Shown in pieces: positions 10,816 to 22,505 of a DNA stretch of 38,101 nt; position 1 is the first letter of the stretch, and every line of letters begins with the position of its first letter. This DNA comes from Octopus sinensis. Its lineage: Eukaryota. The position numbers were made by a program, and so were the translations under genes. The stretch lies in contig NW_021835864.1 in the NCBI RefSeq assembly GCF_006345805.1, positions 1 through 38,101 of the forward strand, given 5' to 3'. A model generated the notes under the pieces. It saw nothing but the letters and a program-made list of their open reading frames with translations, searched no databases and was not told the DNA's origin.

Positions 10816-11680
10816 ATTTAATTCGCTTAGTTTTACATGTTTTCACTTTCATCACCTCAAAGTATTCTCTATTTGAAGCAATGTATTGGTCCAGATGCAT
10901 TTTCCACTGTTGGAAACAGTGCTGGAACTTCTGCACGTTGATGCCTTGTAACACCTCTGTTTATTTATTGTTTTTTCTTCACCTCTTCCACATCTGCAAA
11001 TTCTGTAGCATCAGCTTTCATCACCAGGGATGATCTTCAAAAAAAAAAAAAAGGTCCGGATCAACATATAGCAGTTCTTTCTTCAGTTCATGACATGCAT
11101 TCCATCTTGACCACTTTTGATCTTCTGTGAGCATACAAGGCACAAATTTTGCTGCAACTCTTTTCAATCACAATTCTTCACTCAAAATTCTTTAGCAGGA
11201 ACTCCAGGACCCACTGGTCATATCAACAAATTTGTTAACTGTTCAGTGACAGTCCTTCAAAATCAGTTTAAAAATTGTTTCATGATGTTTACATTCGTTC
11301 AGAGGGCAATGGTCACCCTGAAGGAAATTGGTCTTCAAGTGACAAATGACCATTCTTAAAATGTGGAAACCGCTCATAAAGTTGTGCTTTGCTCATGGTA
11401 GCATTCTTGTAAGCTGTCTGATGCATGACAAGTGTTTCAGCCTCCATTTTCTCCAGCAATAAACAGAATTTTATGCAAGTACACTGTTCTGTCATTTCAA
11501 CCATCACAAAACTTGACAAACAAGGGAGAAGCCCTGCAAGACAAAGATGCACCACATGGCACTGCGATAACACCTAATGCTGCTAGTTGACAGACTGATG
11601 CCTGAGGTTTGCATTAAGTGATATCTAGTGGGTTTTTTTCCCACAGAGAATGTTTCCAGTTACTTTTTGGCACCTCCACA
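10811..11680 (-). mobile_element. Mariner (DD34D-type) transposon, internally deleted, one TIR left
   Basis: EQCTCIKFCLLLEK..ETLVMHQTAYKNATMSKAQLYERFPHFKNGHLSLEDQ; LKRVAAKFVPCMLTEDQK..IIPGDES; then a jump to FADV..QGINVQKFQHCFQQWKMHLDQYIASNREYFE. TIR-like GAGGTGCCAAAAAGTAACTGGAAAC at ~11652-11676. Confidence 0.9.
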
Positions 11681-11951
11681 TATTTAACAATTTCTTGGAG
11701 ATACATAGCATGTTATACATATCAGCTAATTTATGGTATGTAAAAGTATGAAACTATTAGTTGCTCTTTTATAATTGTATATATTAAATGATATTTATCT
11801 CTCACTGGATGGAGCACTCTTTTATTGCTTATTGAATCCTGACTACAATGAAACTGTAAACTATATATATATATATAATATATATATATATTTGTACATA
11901 TGTATACATATATACATATACATACATACATACATATATACATACATACAA

Positions 11952-11984
<33 letters not shown>

Positions 11985-11985
<1 letters not shown>

Positions 11986-12385
11986 GATGCAAGCATGGCC
12001 CTGTGGTAAGAAGCTTGCTTCCAACTACATAGTTCCGGGTTCAGTCCCACTGCATGACACTTTGGGCTGACCAAAGCCTTGGGCTGACCAAAGCCTTGAG
12101 AGTGGATTTGGTAGACAGTCCCAAAGAAGCCTATCACACAAACACATGTATATATATGTATGTGTGTGTGTGTGTGTGTCTGTGTTTGTCCCCATGCCAT
12201 CGCCTGACAACTGATATTGGTGTGCTTACATCCCATAACTTAGCAGTTTGGCAAAAAAGACTGATAGAATGAGGCTTACAAAGAATAAGTCCTGGGGTTG
12301 ATTGCTTTGACTAAAACCCCTTTAAGGTGGTGCTCCAGCATGGCCACATTCAAAATGACTGAAACAAATAAAAGAATAAAAGGAA
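11985..12385 (+). mobile_element. SINE family A, near full length
   Basis: Head, linker microsatellite and tail all present; internal tandem duplication of GGGCTGACCAAAGCCTT. Confidence 0.92.
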
Positions 12386-12935
12386 AATAGAAAATACATA
12401 TACATTTAGGTGCAGACATGTCCTTGGTAAGGGCTCCTACTTCTCAACCAAGTAATACCAGTGTGCACCCTGGACATGATAGGACTTAGCATTATAATTG
12501 TCATCCTTTCTAATACCAACTGCTTTACAAAGAGCACAGGTTCCTTTTCTTGTGACACTAGCACCGGTGGAGTCACCAAGTAACTCACAAGACATAGACC
12601 CCTCAACTAGGAGGGAGAGTTATATTGAGGGAGTTGACTTTTGTGCCAGTTGATGAGAGGGTGAAACGAAGAACAGAGTGATGGGGGTAGGTGTCTTGCT
12701 GGAAACAGAGATACAAGGATGCATCAGATGGGTGAGAAAGTGGGGGGAAAAGAGAAGCTTCCAGAGAGAAAGACGAAGAGGGAGAGAGAGAAAAAGGGAT
12801 GGGGTGGGAGATGTGTCAGGTCATGCTCTCAAGGTTCTATGAAGGCGGGGAATATAGGTGAAGTAATACAGATGGTTGAGCTCAGGCACGTGGGCAAGAA
12901 GGAATAGGTGTATCAAGTATACATATACATATATA

Positions 12936-13275
12936 GGTGCAGGAGTGGCTGTGTGGTAAGTAGCTTGCTTACCAGCAATATGGGCAAGTGTCTTCTACTA
13001 TAGCCTCGGGCTGACCAAAGCCTTGACAATGGATTTCGTAAACAGAAACTGAAACACACCCATCGCATATGTGTTTGTGTGTCTGTGTTCGTCGCCCCAC
13101 CATGACTTGACAACTGATGTTGGTGTGTTTATGACCCCATAACTTAGTGGTTCAGCAAAGGAATCCAATAGAATAAGTACTAGGCTTACAGAGAATAAGT
13201 CCCAGGGCCGATTTGTCCAACCAAAAAGGCAGTGCTTCAGTATGGCTGCAGTCAAATGAATGAAAGAATAAGATA
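12936..13275 (+). mobile_element. SINE family A (small internal deletion)
   Basis: GGTGCAGGAGTGGCTGTGTGGTAAG head through the CAGTCAAATGAATGAAAG tail. Confidence 0.92.
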
Positions 13276-13445
13276 AGATCCTAACTGCAGCTCTTGGTGG
13301 TCCAAATCGGATATGCAATCTATGTGGGTGTCTTTTCAAATCATTGCCTAGTTTAAAAAGCTACATCAGACGCCATGACGGATCTAAGGTGTAGGTACAA
13401 GAGGTGGTCAGACTCTGCATAAGGAGTAGACAACGACTATGTATG
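13276..13445 (+). mobile_element. Non-LTR retrotransposon 3' end (probably RTE clade) with C-terminal C2H2 finger
   Basis: ILTAALGGPNRICNLCGCLFKSLPSLKSYIRRHDGSKV*: C-x2-C-x12-(H>Y)-x3-H, then a ~45-nt UTR and a (TATG)n tail. Confidence 0.6.
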
Positions 13446-13590
13446 TATATGTGTATATATGTATGTATGTATTGATAAATGTATTTAGTAATAAGGCCAA
13501 GGCAGTGAGCCCCAGAAGAGCATTCTGCATAATAAATACACAAATGTTAGCATCTCAAACACATTCAAACATCCATACTTATGTATAAAA

Positions 13591-13652
<62 letters not shown>

Positions 13653-13749
13653 GATGTATATATATGTATGTATATATATGTATATATATATATATATATA
13701 TGTATATGTATTATATATATATATATATGTATATATATATTACATATAT

Positions 13750-13812
<63 letters not shown>

Positions 13813-13861
13813 ATATATATATATATGTATACATATACATATATATATATATATATATACA

Positions 13862-14205
13862 TGCCTGTCTGGCATGCCAGCCTTGTCTGGCACCTGTGTC
13901 GGTTGGCACATAAAAACACAATCCGAGCGTGGCCGTTCGCCAGCTTCGTCTGGCACCTGTGTCGGCGGCACATAAAAACACCATCCAAGCGTGGCCGTTC
14001 GCCAGCCTCGTCTGACACCTGTGTCGGTGGCACATAAAATCACCCACTACACTCTCGGAGTGGTTGGCGTTAGGAAGGGCATCCAGCTGTAGAAACACTC
14101 CCAGATCTGACTGGCCTGGTGCAGCCTTCGGGCTCCCCAGACCCCAGTTGAACCGTCCAACCCATGCTAGCATGGAAAGCGGACGTTAAATGATGATGAT
14201 GATGA
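13862..14205 (+). mobile_element. RTE-type 3'UTR/tail with internal ~62-bp tandem repeat
   Basis: GGCGTTAGGAAGGGCATCCAGCTGTAGAAAC...GGACGTTAAA(TGA)n, homologous to the 3' end of the RTE fragment at 21205-22012. Confidence 0.85.
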
Positions 14206-14227
14206 TAATGTATATATGTATACACAC

Positions 14228-14523
14228 GTGGAGGCACAATGGCCCAGTGGTTAGGGCAGCGGACTTGCGGTCGTAGGATTGCGGTTTCGATTCCCAGACC
14301 GGGTGTTGTGAGTGTTTCTTGAGCAAAAACACCTAAGAGCTCCACAAGGCTCTGGCAGGGTGTGGTGATCCCTGCTGTACTCTTTCTCCCACTCTTTCTT
14401 CTGTTGGCCTGCTCGCTTAGCCAGCGGGGTGGCGTCATTCGAAGGCTAAAACAATGCGAACGCATTGTGACCAGCGATGTGTAACAACATCTGATGGTCT
14501 GGTTGGTCACGTGATCACGTGAT
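14228..14523 (+). mobile_element. tRNA-derived SINE, family C (CpG-rich, probably young)
   Basis: A-box TGGCCCAGTGG, B-box-like GGTTTCGATTCC, distinct body, ends in (CACGTGAT)2. Confidence 0.85.
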
Positions 14524-14939
14524 ATATATACACACACACACATCCTTATTGTTTCAATACAAATTTAATAAGCAAGCTTCTATCTATCTTTCTCTCTATC
14601 TCTCTAAATACACACACACACACACACCATATATATACATATATCCATATATATACACACACACACACACATTTATATAAAATATATGTATATATTAAAC
14701 ATGCATATGTATTATATTAATTATTCTTTACCAGGAGAAAGTTGACAGTGACTTCAAAGTTTCACCATACTTGCTGTCACTCTCAATCTTTTCCTTATAA
14801 AAATTAATAAATATGGGATTCCATGAAAAAGTACTGAGTCATTCTTTAATTTAATGTCCAACTGTTTTTTACGTATAACTGTTTGTAAAAAAAAAGACCA
14901 TTAACATACATACATATTTATATATTCATATATATGTGT

Positions 14940-14974
<35 letters not shown>

Positions 14975-15187
14975 CATACACACATATACATGCATACATC
15001 ATATGTATATACATATTGACATACATACATGCACACAGACACACACATAAGAACACATACAGACAGACAGACAGACACACACACACACACACACACATTT
15101 TTTGTTTTTTTTGTTGAAAGATTTATCTTCTTGAATCACTACTCTGAGTTTAAGTCCACTGTTTTTGTCAGGCAAAGAAGCTGAATT

Positions 15188-15196
15188 AGCAGTAGC

Positions 15197-15269
<73 letters not shown>

Positions 15270-15300
15270 TGAGGAGGAGGAGGAGGAGTTATTGGTAGAA
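15188..15300. repeat. (GTA)n/(GGA)n array, followed by (CAA)n-rich low complexity to ~15780
   Basis: Direct inspection. Confidence 0.9.
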
Positions 15301-16890
15301 GCGGTTGCATTAATGAACTTTAGAAATATTAGCGTATGTATATGTGTATGTGTGTGTGTGTGTGTGTGCATGTATGCATTTATATGGGCTTATATGCTTT
15401 AATCTGCATGTGTGTGTGTACGTGTGTGCAGCAGGTGAGAGGTGGGGAGGGGCAGGCCTGAAACAGAAACTGATTAAAACAAAACAACAACAACAACAAC
15501 AACACAACGACAGCGACAACAACAACAACAACGCAAACAGCACCAAAAGGAAAAAAAAAGATCAGAAGGAAAACTGAAATATGTAAAAAAAGATATATAT
15601 ATATATATATATATGTAGAAAGAAAAAATAGTAAATAACAACAAAAGTACAACAAAAATAAACAGCAAGTACAGCAGCAACAACAACAGCAATAATGAAA
15701 ACGACCGCAGTAAAAACAAAAACAAGAACATGTATAAAAGACAAAAAAAAAAACTCAAGAAAACAATACATAAACAACATACCTATGAATTTTATTGAAT
15801 TTTTGATTTTTTCTTCAATAAATTTCCATTTTTATATATTTATTTATATTTAATAGTTAAGTGTATTTTTTTACTTTTGTAATTTCTTGTTTATTTATTA
15901 TTAATTTTTTTTTTTTTTTTATCTGAGAGTGTGGTGGGGATTTTCCAATTGTTTGTTTCTGGAAAGTTCCAAAGAGATACCTACCTACCTACTTACCGAT
16001 CTCTGCATTTCTTTTCTCCCCCCATTCTTTGCTTTTAATTTATATATATTGTTTATTTTCCTTTATATTTATCATTTCTTACTCCCATTGTCTCACTTAT
16101 TTAATTCTTTACTGTAGAGGTTTGATTAAATTTGATCAAGGAATATCTGCGTGCATATATACATATATACACATATATATATACATATGTTTACATGTAT
16201 AATTGCATGTATATGTATGTGTATATATACAAAGAGAGAAAGAAAGTGAGAGAGAGAGAGAGATTTACACATTTAATTCTTTACTGGGAAGGTTTGATTA
16301 AATTTGATAAAAGGATATGTATATGTATGTGTGTATATGTAGGTATATATATGTGTATGTGTGTGTGGATATATATATATATGTACTTGCTTATACATCA
16401 TATAGACAAATTTACACGCACATACACTTACATATGACTGACAAGCCACTGCTTAACAAATGTTGAAGTCAAATTCATTTTACATTTCATCAGAATGTGT
16501 ATATTCATACATACATTTATAAATACACAGATACATTCATATATATATGTGTGTATATATATATATTATATGTATGTATATGTATATATAAAATAATATA
16601 TATATATACACACACATGTATATAAATCACCTGACTGACCAGATTATCAGATGTTGTTACACATTGCTGGTCACAATGCACTTTGCATCCTTTTCCACCT
16701 TCAAACAATGCAATCCTTCTGGCTAGGCAAGCAGGCGAACATTATCCCTCGATCGAAAGGAGGACCAGGCAACATGAAATGAAATGTTTTGCTCAAGAAC
16801 ACAACCTGCTGCCTGATCTGGGAATTGAACCCGTGAACTATCAACCATGAGTGCAACTGCCTAACCACTTGTCTACTTCTATATATATAT

Positions 16891-16942
<52 letters not shown>

Positions 16943-17267
16943 CATACATATGTGATATATACATACATATATATATATATAATATATATATACATGTGTA
17001 TATATATGTGTATATATCTATTATCCTATTATGCATTTATTATTTTACATATAGCTTATAATGAAGAGCATTCTTCATCATAATCTGTTGAGTGGTGATC
17101 AAATATATTTTGGTACCTATTGATAGTAACTTGTCTTTACAGTGGTGCCTACAGAGAAATCATTGCAATTTTTTGTGGTGGTCGTCGTGGTGGGGTCTTC
17201 TCTTATTATCCATGTACAGCAATAATCATACTAACATTCTGACAACTACTTCTTTCTACTACTTAAT

Positions 17268-17620
17268 CAGGATTTCTCAACCAATTTGTATCCCTGGACC
17301 CCTTGGATTGCGATTTTATTCTGGTGGGACCCACCCTCCATAACCATTGGATGGTTAAAAACTAGTTTTATAGAATCTTCATGCATAATTCCTATTTTTT
17401 GATTCCACATATTAACTCATGTAGGTTGAACCATGTAAAAATGATAAAGAAACCCATCAGTTTCTTGTAATACATACCAATACATACATCTACAGCAAAG
17501 TTTTGTTCAGGGGCCCTTAAAATACTATTGTGTATCCCAATTTGCTACTTTGTTGGGTGAACCACCAAAAATCATATATGGACCCTCAGGGGCAATATGG
17601 ATCCTGGTTGAAAACCACTG
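17268..17620. mobile_element. hAT-type non-autonomous element (MITE, ~350 bp)
   Basis: Ends CAGGATTTCTCAACC ... GGTTGAAAACCACTG (hAT-like TIRs). Flanks TACTTAAT / GCTTAAAC resemble a decayed 8-bp TSD. A related right-end remnant lies at ~35050-35099. Confidence 0.75.
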
Positions 17621-17872
17621 GCTTAAACCTTGGTCTTATTCTCATAATCCCCTGTTGTATCAATCATCATGAATTTTCTGCTTATCTCTCCACTTTACAC
17701 AGGCGTATTCATATAATTATGTGTGTGTGTATGTGGTATATATATATATATAATATATATATATATACACACACACATAATATACATATATATATATTAG
17801 CAACCCATTGTATCATGGAAAGCAGACGTTAAGCACTAATGATCTATATATATTATATATATATATATTATA

Positions 17873-17905
<33 letters not shown>

Positions 17906-18024
17906 ATCTATATATACAATATACATATATATAATACATACATACATAACATTATATATACATATATATATATATATATAATTATATAATATATATATAT
18001 ATATATATATATGCATATATACAT

Positions 18025-18415
18025 GTCTGTGTGGTAAGAAGCTTGCTTCCAACCACATGGTTCTGGGTTCAGTCCCACTGCATGATACCTTGGGCAAATG
18101 TCTTCTACTATAGTCTCAGGCCAACCAAAGCCTTGTAAGTGCATTTGGTAGACAGAAACTGAAAGAAGCCTGTCGTATATCTATATATATTTGTGTGTGT
18201 GTGTGTGTGTCTGTGTTTGCTCCCTCCCACCATGGCTTGACAGCTGATGTTGGTGTGTTTGTGGCGTCCCCGTAACTTAACAGTTCAGCAAATGAGAACC
18301 GATAGAATAAGTACTAGGGTTACAAGGAATAAGTCCTGAGGTTGATTTGTTCGACTAAAGGCTGTGCTCCAATCAAATGCAGTCAAATAACTACAACAAC
18401 TGAAAAAATATAAGA
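18025..18415 (+). mobile_element. SINE family A, near full length
   Basis: Head, CCTTGGGCAAATGTC core, linker and tail all present. Confidence 0.93.
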
Positions 18416-18503
18416 ATTAAACAATGTATATACACACACACACACACATATATATAAATATGTATACATATATATACATATATATATACACATATACATA
18501 TAT

Positions 18504-18572
<69 letters not shown>

Positions 18573-19224
18573 TATATATATATATAAATGGTATAATTTA
18601 ATTTTCATTATTGAATGATAAAAGGTGGGTTTTTTTCTAACTTATACATATATATATATATTATATTTTGTGAAATTGATTTAGTATTTCTAAATTGAAT
18701 TTTTCCCTGTAAGTTTGGAGTAGTATTCCCTATATTATTATTATTATTATTATCATTATTATTATTATTATTATTATTATATTATATTATTATTATTATA
18801 TTTTATTATTATTAATATATATAATATGATTGAATCATTAATCATCAGCAATAATTTGCTAATAAGACCTTTTTCCTGTAGGCAAGAAAATTAGCCATGT
18901 ATGCATCACTAGCCATGGTCTCCCTTTAATCTCTCTAATGCAGATTTGAAACTGTAACATCAATTACATTGCCCTTGTTATTGCATTAACCAGGGCTTCT
19001 CCATTTCCAAGAGGCACAGCTTTTGGTGATCCATGTTTCCATTAATTTTAGTTTTGGTTTATTAGAATCTCAAAGAAAATCATAAAAGATACAAGTATAG
19101 CTATTTAACAAACTTGGTGCATTTTCACACAAGTTTCAATGAATTTGTTTAATGCTGTTATCTATACAGGACATGATCAGGGGCCTGGTCCCTTTTAAAT
19201 GTTTGATGTTGTGTGACTATTTTT

Positions 19225-19870
19225 GAAATAGATGTTTCAGTCCAACAGCACAGTACTCTGAGCCTGTGACTGGCACTAGGGAACTTGACTGACCGGAAAC
19301 TGGTAGATGGATGGATATGGGAAACAAAAACTGAAAGAAGCCTGTCATGTGTGTTTGTGCGTGTGTGTGTGTGTCTGTAAGCATGGGTTTATGTGTATGT
19401 GTACATGAGCATGTATATGTGTGTATGTGTAATTGTGTGTGTTCATGTATGTGTGTATGTAAGTGTGTGTTTGTGTATGTGTACATGTGTGTGGTGTGTA
19501 CATGTGTGTTTGTGTGCATGCATGTATATGCATGTAAGTGTGTGTGTACATGAGTGTGTGCATGTATATGTATGTACATGTGTGTTTGTGTGTGTGTATG
19601 TGTATGTCTGTAAGTGTGTGTGTGCGTGTTTATGTACGTGTATGTGTACATGTGTTTGTGTGTGTGCACGTATGTGTGTGTGTCCTCACTGCCGTTCGAC
19701 AACCTGTAACTTAACAGTTCAGCAAAACCGATCAACAGAATAAGCACCAGACTTTAAAAATAAATAAATAAATAAATAAACAAATAAATATTGGGGTTAA
19801 TTTGCCCAACTAGACCCTTCAAATAAGTGCTCCAGCATGACACAGTCCAATAACTGAAACAAATGATTAA
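19225..19870 (+). mobile_element. SINE family A, diverged, with ~335-bp expanded (TG/TATG) linker
   Basis: AACTGAAAGAAGCCTGTC precedes the expansion (19347-19680); GTAACTTAACAGTTCAGCAAAA...GCTCCAGCATGACACAGTCC follows it. Confidence 0.75.
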
Positions 19871-19879
19871 AGAAAAGAT

Positions 19880-20290
19880 AACTCCATTCTTCTCTTTTAC
19901 TGCTTCATCAGTTTTATCAGAGAATTTAATTTATTTTCAGTGGCTATAATTGGCATTTTCAATCAATTCCATCTTTTTCTCTGCTGGTGATTTGATCATT
20001 TAAAAACTTTGTCCTTCATTGCATAACAATTTTCCTCTGTCCTGTCCCCAGAGATCACATTTTAGGTTTTTTTCTTTCTGTGAACTTTAGCCTTCTCCTT
20101 AGGGTTACATTAAATGCATATCACTGGGGCATTGTTCGTAGAAATTGCTTCAGAAGTTTGTCATTGTCTTGCGTGGTGAGAGGTTTTTGTGAATTTCAGT
20201 TTGCGGATTTTCTTCTTAATTGATTTCCAGTTATTGAGCCATGTGGAGATACAATTTGGACAGATCTGGGTTGATTAAAGATACATATTT
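19880..20290 (-). mobile_element. Degenerate A-rich coding remnant, possibly LINE ORF1 C-terminus
   Basis: Broken frames STWLNNWKSIKKKIRKLKF / NDKLLKQFLRTMPQ*YAFNVTLRRRLKFTERKNLKCDLWGQ (possible eroded zinc knuckle). Confidence 0.3.
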
Positions 20291-20841
20291 ATAAATCTCT
20301 CAGACGGCACACTCGATATAATTGTATAATCTTGAAATATGAAAACGCACGTGTAAATATGTAGCAGTCTCTCTGAATTTGTTTATATTTCTTTAAAAAT
20401 ATATATATATTTATATATTGTCATAATTTCAGCCAGTGGCAAACATAGACGAAATGAAATTGAACACACACACACAAACACACACACACACACACACACA
20501 CAGACATGCACACACACACCATACACATACGCACTCACACACATACACATACCCATACACACATACATATATGTATATATACACACATACATGCATACAT
20601 ACACATACACACATATATGCACACATACACAAACATACCCCCACACACATACTCACACATGCATATACACATGTGCGTTACAGCAGAAAATAATAGTGTA
20701 TGAATTAAACCAGTGTGATTATACAAAACAAATGTGATTATATAATGGGATTGTCCAGCCATGACGAACACAAAGTCTTAGACACACATTAGAATGCCAA
20801 AATAAATTTTACAATTATACACAGGCATATGTGCAATATAC

Positions 20842-21040
20842 TGATAGGCACACTGGGTGAAATGCTTAGTGGTATTTCGTCTGTCTTTACGTTCTGAGTT
20901 CAAATTCTGCTGAGGTCGACTTTGCCTTTCATCCTTTCAGGGTTGATAAATTAAGTACCAGTTGTGTACTGAGGTCGACCTAATCGACTAGTCCTCTCCC
21001 CAAAAGTTTCGGGCCTTATGCTTAGAGTAGAAAAGAATAT
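20842..21040 (+). mobile_element. SINE family D (central domain GTCGACTTTGCCTTTCATCCTTTC-GGG-GATAAATTAAGTACC; Nin-domain-like)
   Basis: Homologous to copies at 35296 and 37262. The Nin-domain resemblance is from recall and needs an alignment. Confidence 0.85.
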
Positions 21041-21052
21041 ACTGATAGACAT

Positions 21053-21196
21053 TTGTAAACACCTATGTGCATCGTGCATGTATGTATATACATACATACA
21101 TATATATGTATATATGTATATATATATACATATATATATATACACACACATATATATATATATACATACATGCACAATGCACACAGGTGTTTACAA
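21053..21196. repeat. Inverted repeat (38-bp arms, 2 mismatches) around a TA-rich spacer
   Basis: TTGTAAACACCTATGTGCATCGTGCATGTATGTATATA (21053-21090) versus TATATACATACATGCACAATGCACACAGGTGTTTACAA (21159-21196). Confidence 0.9.
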
Positions 21197-21204
21197 TGTA
21201 TATA

Positions 21205-22012
21205 CACATTGTACCATGCATGTGTGCATGTGTGCCATGCTTCATGGCAGTGAAACATGGGCTGTGACTACGGATGCTCGAAAGAAATGAAGCTAGCATG
21301 ATCCACTGGATGTATAATGTCAGTGTGCACACACAACAGAGTGTAAGCACCCTGAGAGAAATGTTGGACATAAGAAGCATCGGATGTAGTGTGCAAGAGT
21401 ATGGTCATGTACTATAGATGTATGAGAAGAGCTTTGAAGAAGTGCCACTCCCAAACAGGTGAAGGAATCCAGGGTAGAGGTAGACCCAAAAAGAAATGGG
21501 ATGAGGTAGTGAAGCATGACCATTGAACGTTGGGCCTCACGGAGGCAATGCCAAAAGACCAAGACCTCTGGAGATATGCTGTGACTGCGAAGACCCAGCA
21601 AATAAAGTGAGTTCATGGCTGTATCCTACACCAGTTTCACATAACCAGCCCCAGCCCACTCGAAAGTACCTTGGATCATAGGGCAACCTGCTGTGCATGA
21701 GGAGACCTATTGAGTCAAGTACATCAACATCAAAATGATAATCAAATGGAAATTGTAGTTGTGACACCTGTGCTGGTGGCACATAAAAAGGACTATCTAA
21801 ATGGCCGATTCCAGTGCTGTCTTGACTGGCTTCCATGCCGGTGGCATGTAAAAAGCACCCACTACACTCATGGAGCGGTTGGCATTAGGAAGGGCACCCA
21901 GCTGTAGAAACACTGTCAGATCAGCCTGGTGCAGCCTCTTGGTTTCCCAGACCCTAGTTGAACCATCCTACCCATGGATAACAGACGTTAAACGACGATG
22001 ATGATGATGATA
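21205..22012 (+). mobile_element. RTE-clade LINE 3' fragment (RT C-terminus, 3'UTR, (GAT)n tail)
   Basis: LYHACV..AMLHGSETWAVT; EASMIHWMYNVSVHTQQSVSTLREMLDIRSIGCSVQE..YGHVL; GRGRPKKKWDEVVKHD..LGLTEAMPKDQDLWRYAVTAKTQQIK* (stop 21608-21610). Confidence 0.9.
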
Positions 22013-22189
22013 AAGGAATACGAAAAACGGGACAAGAAAGCAAAACATCCAGACAGTTAGATGATACAAAAAAAATGACAAGAAAAAACAAGGACGGGTC
22101 ATTTGGAGTTTTCTTTCCTCAGTCGAATTCCAGATTATCTTTGCAATTTCAGCTGGTTATGCATATACATACATACATACATACATTCA

Positions 22190-22214
<25 letters not shown>

Positions 22215-22223
<9 letters not shown>

Positions 22224-22440
22224 CATATATATAACAGGAAGGTTTACGAAAATAAACAAAAGATGAAGGCAGGTGGAGTACAAACAAACAAATGTATTAG
22301 TATGGCGCTCAGGAATAGAAATAGAACAAGCCTTTTACGTTTCGAGCCTACCCTCTTCAACAGAAAGATACACAGAAAAGAAACAAGGAGAGAAACAAAT
22401 AGAGAAAAAAATGTGTGTAGGAGCTAAAGGTCTATCATAT
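22215..22440 (-). mobile_element. Third short element carrying a hammerhead-like motif
   Basis: Non-microsatellite island containing HHR motif 3; its stem II/III (GAG..GCTCGAAACGT) resembles motif 1. Confidence 0.5.
22332..22367 (-). ncRNA. Minimal type-I hammerhead ribozyme-like motif 3 (core CTGTTGA, degenerate)
   Basis: Minus strand CTTT-CTGTTGA-A-GAG(GGTAGG)CTC-GAAA-CGT-A-AAAG; GUA cleavage triplet, stem I CTTT/AAAG. Confidence 0.55.
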
Positions 22441-22441
22441 A

Positions 22442-22500
<59 letters not shown>

Positions 22501-22505
22501 ATATA

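Noticed and set aside
13305-13375. C2H2 zinc-finger gene exon
   Set aside because: Single finger with His>Tyr, followed by a stop, short UTR and (TATG)n tail; better explained as a retrotransposon 3' end.
13876-14040. CRISPR-like repeat appearance
   Set aside because: Units are head-to-tail with no unique spacers, lie inside an RTE tail, and the DNA is eukaryotic.
4548-14300. tRNA genes at SINE heads (4548, 14228 and others)
   Set aside because: A/B boxes are present but there is no complete cloverleaf; they are followed by SINE bodies.
22015-22160. Possible fourth hammerhead (CTGAGGA on minus at ~22120)
   Set aside because: No convincing stem II or GAAA-stem III arrangement.
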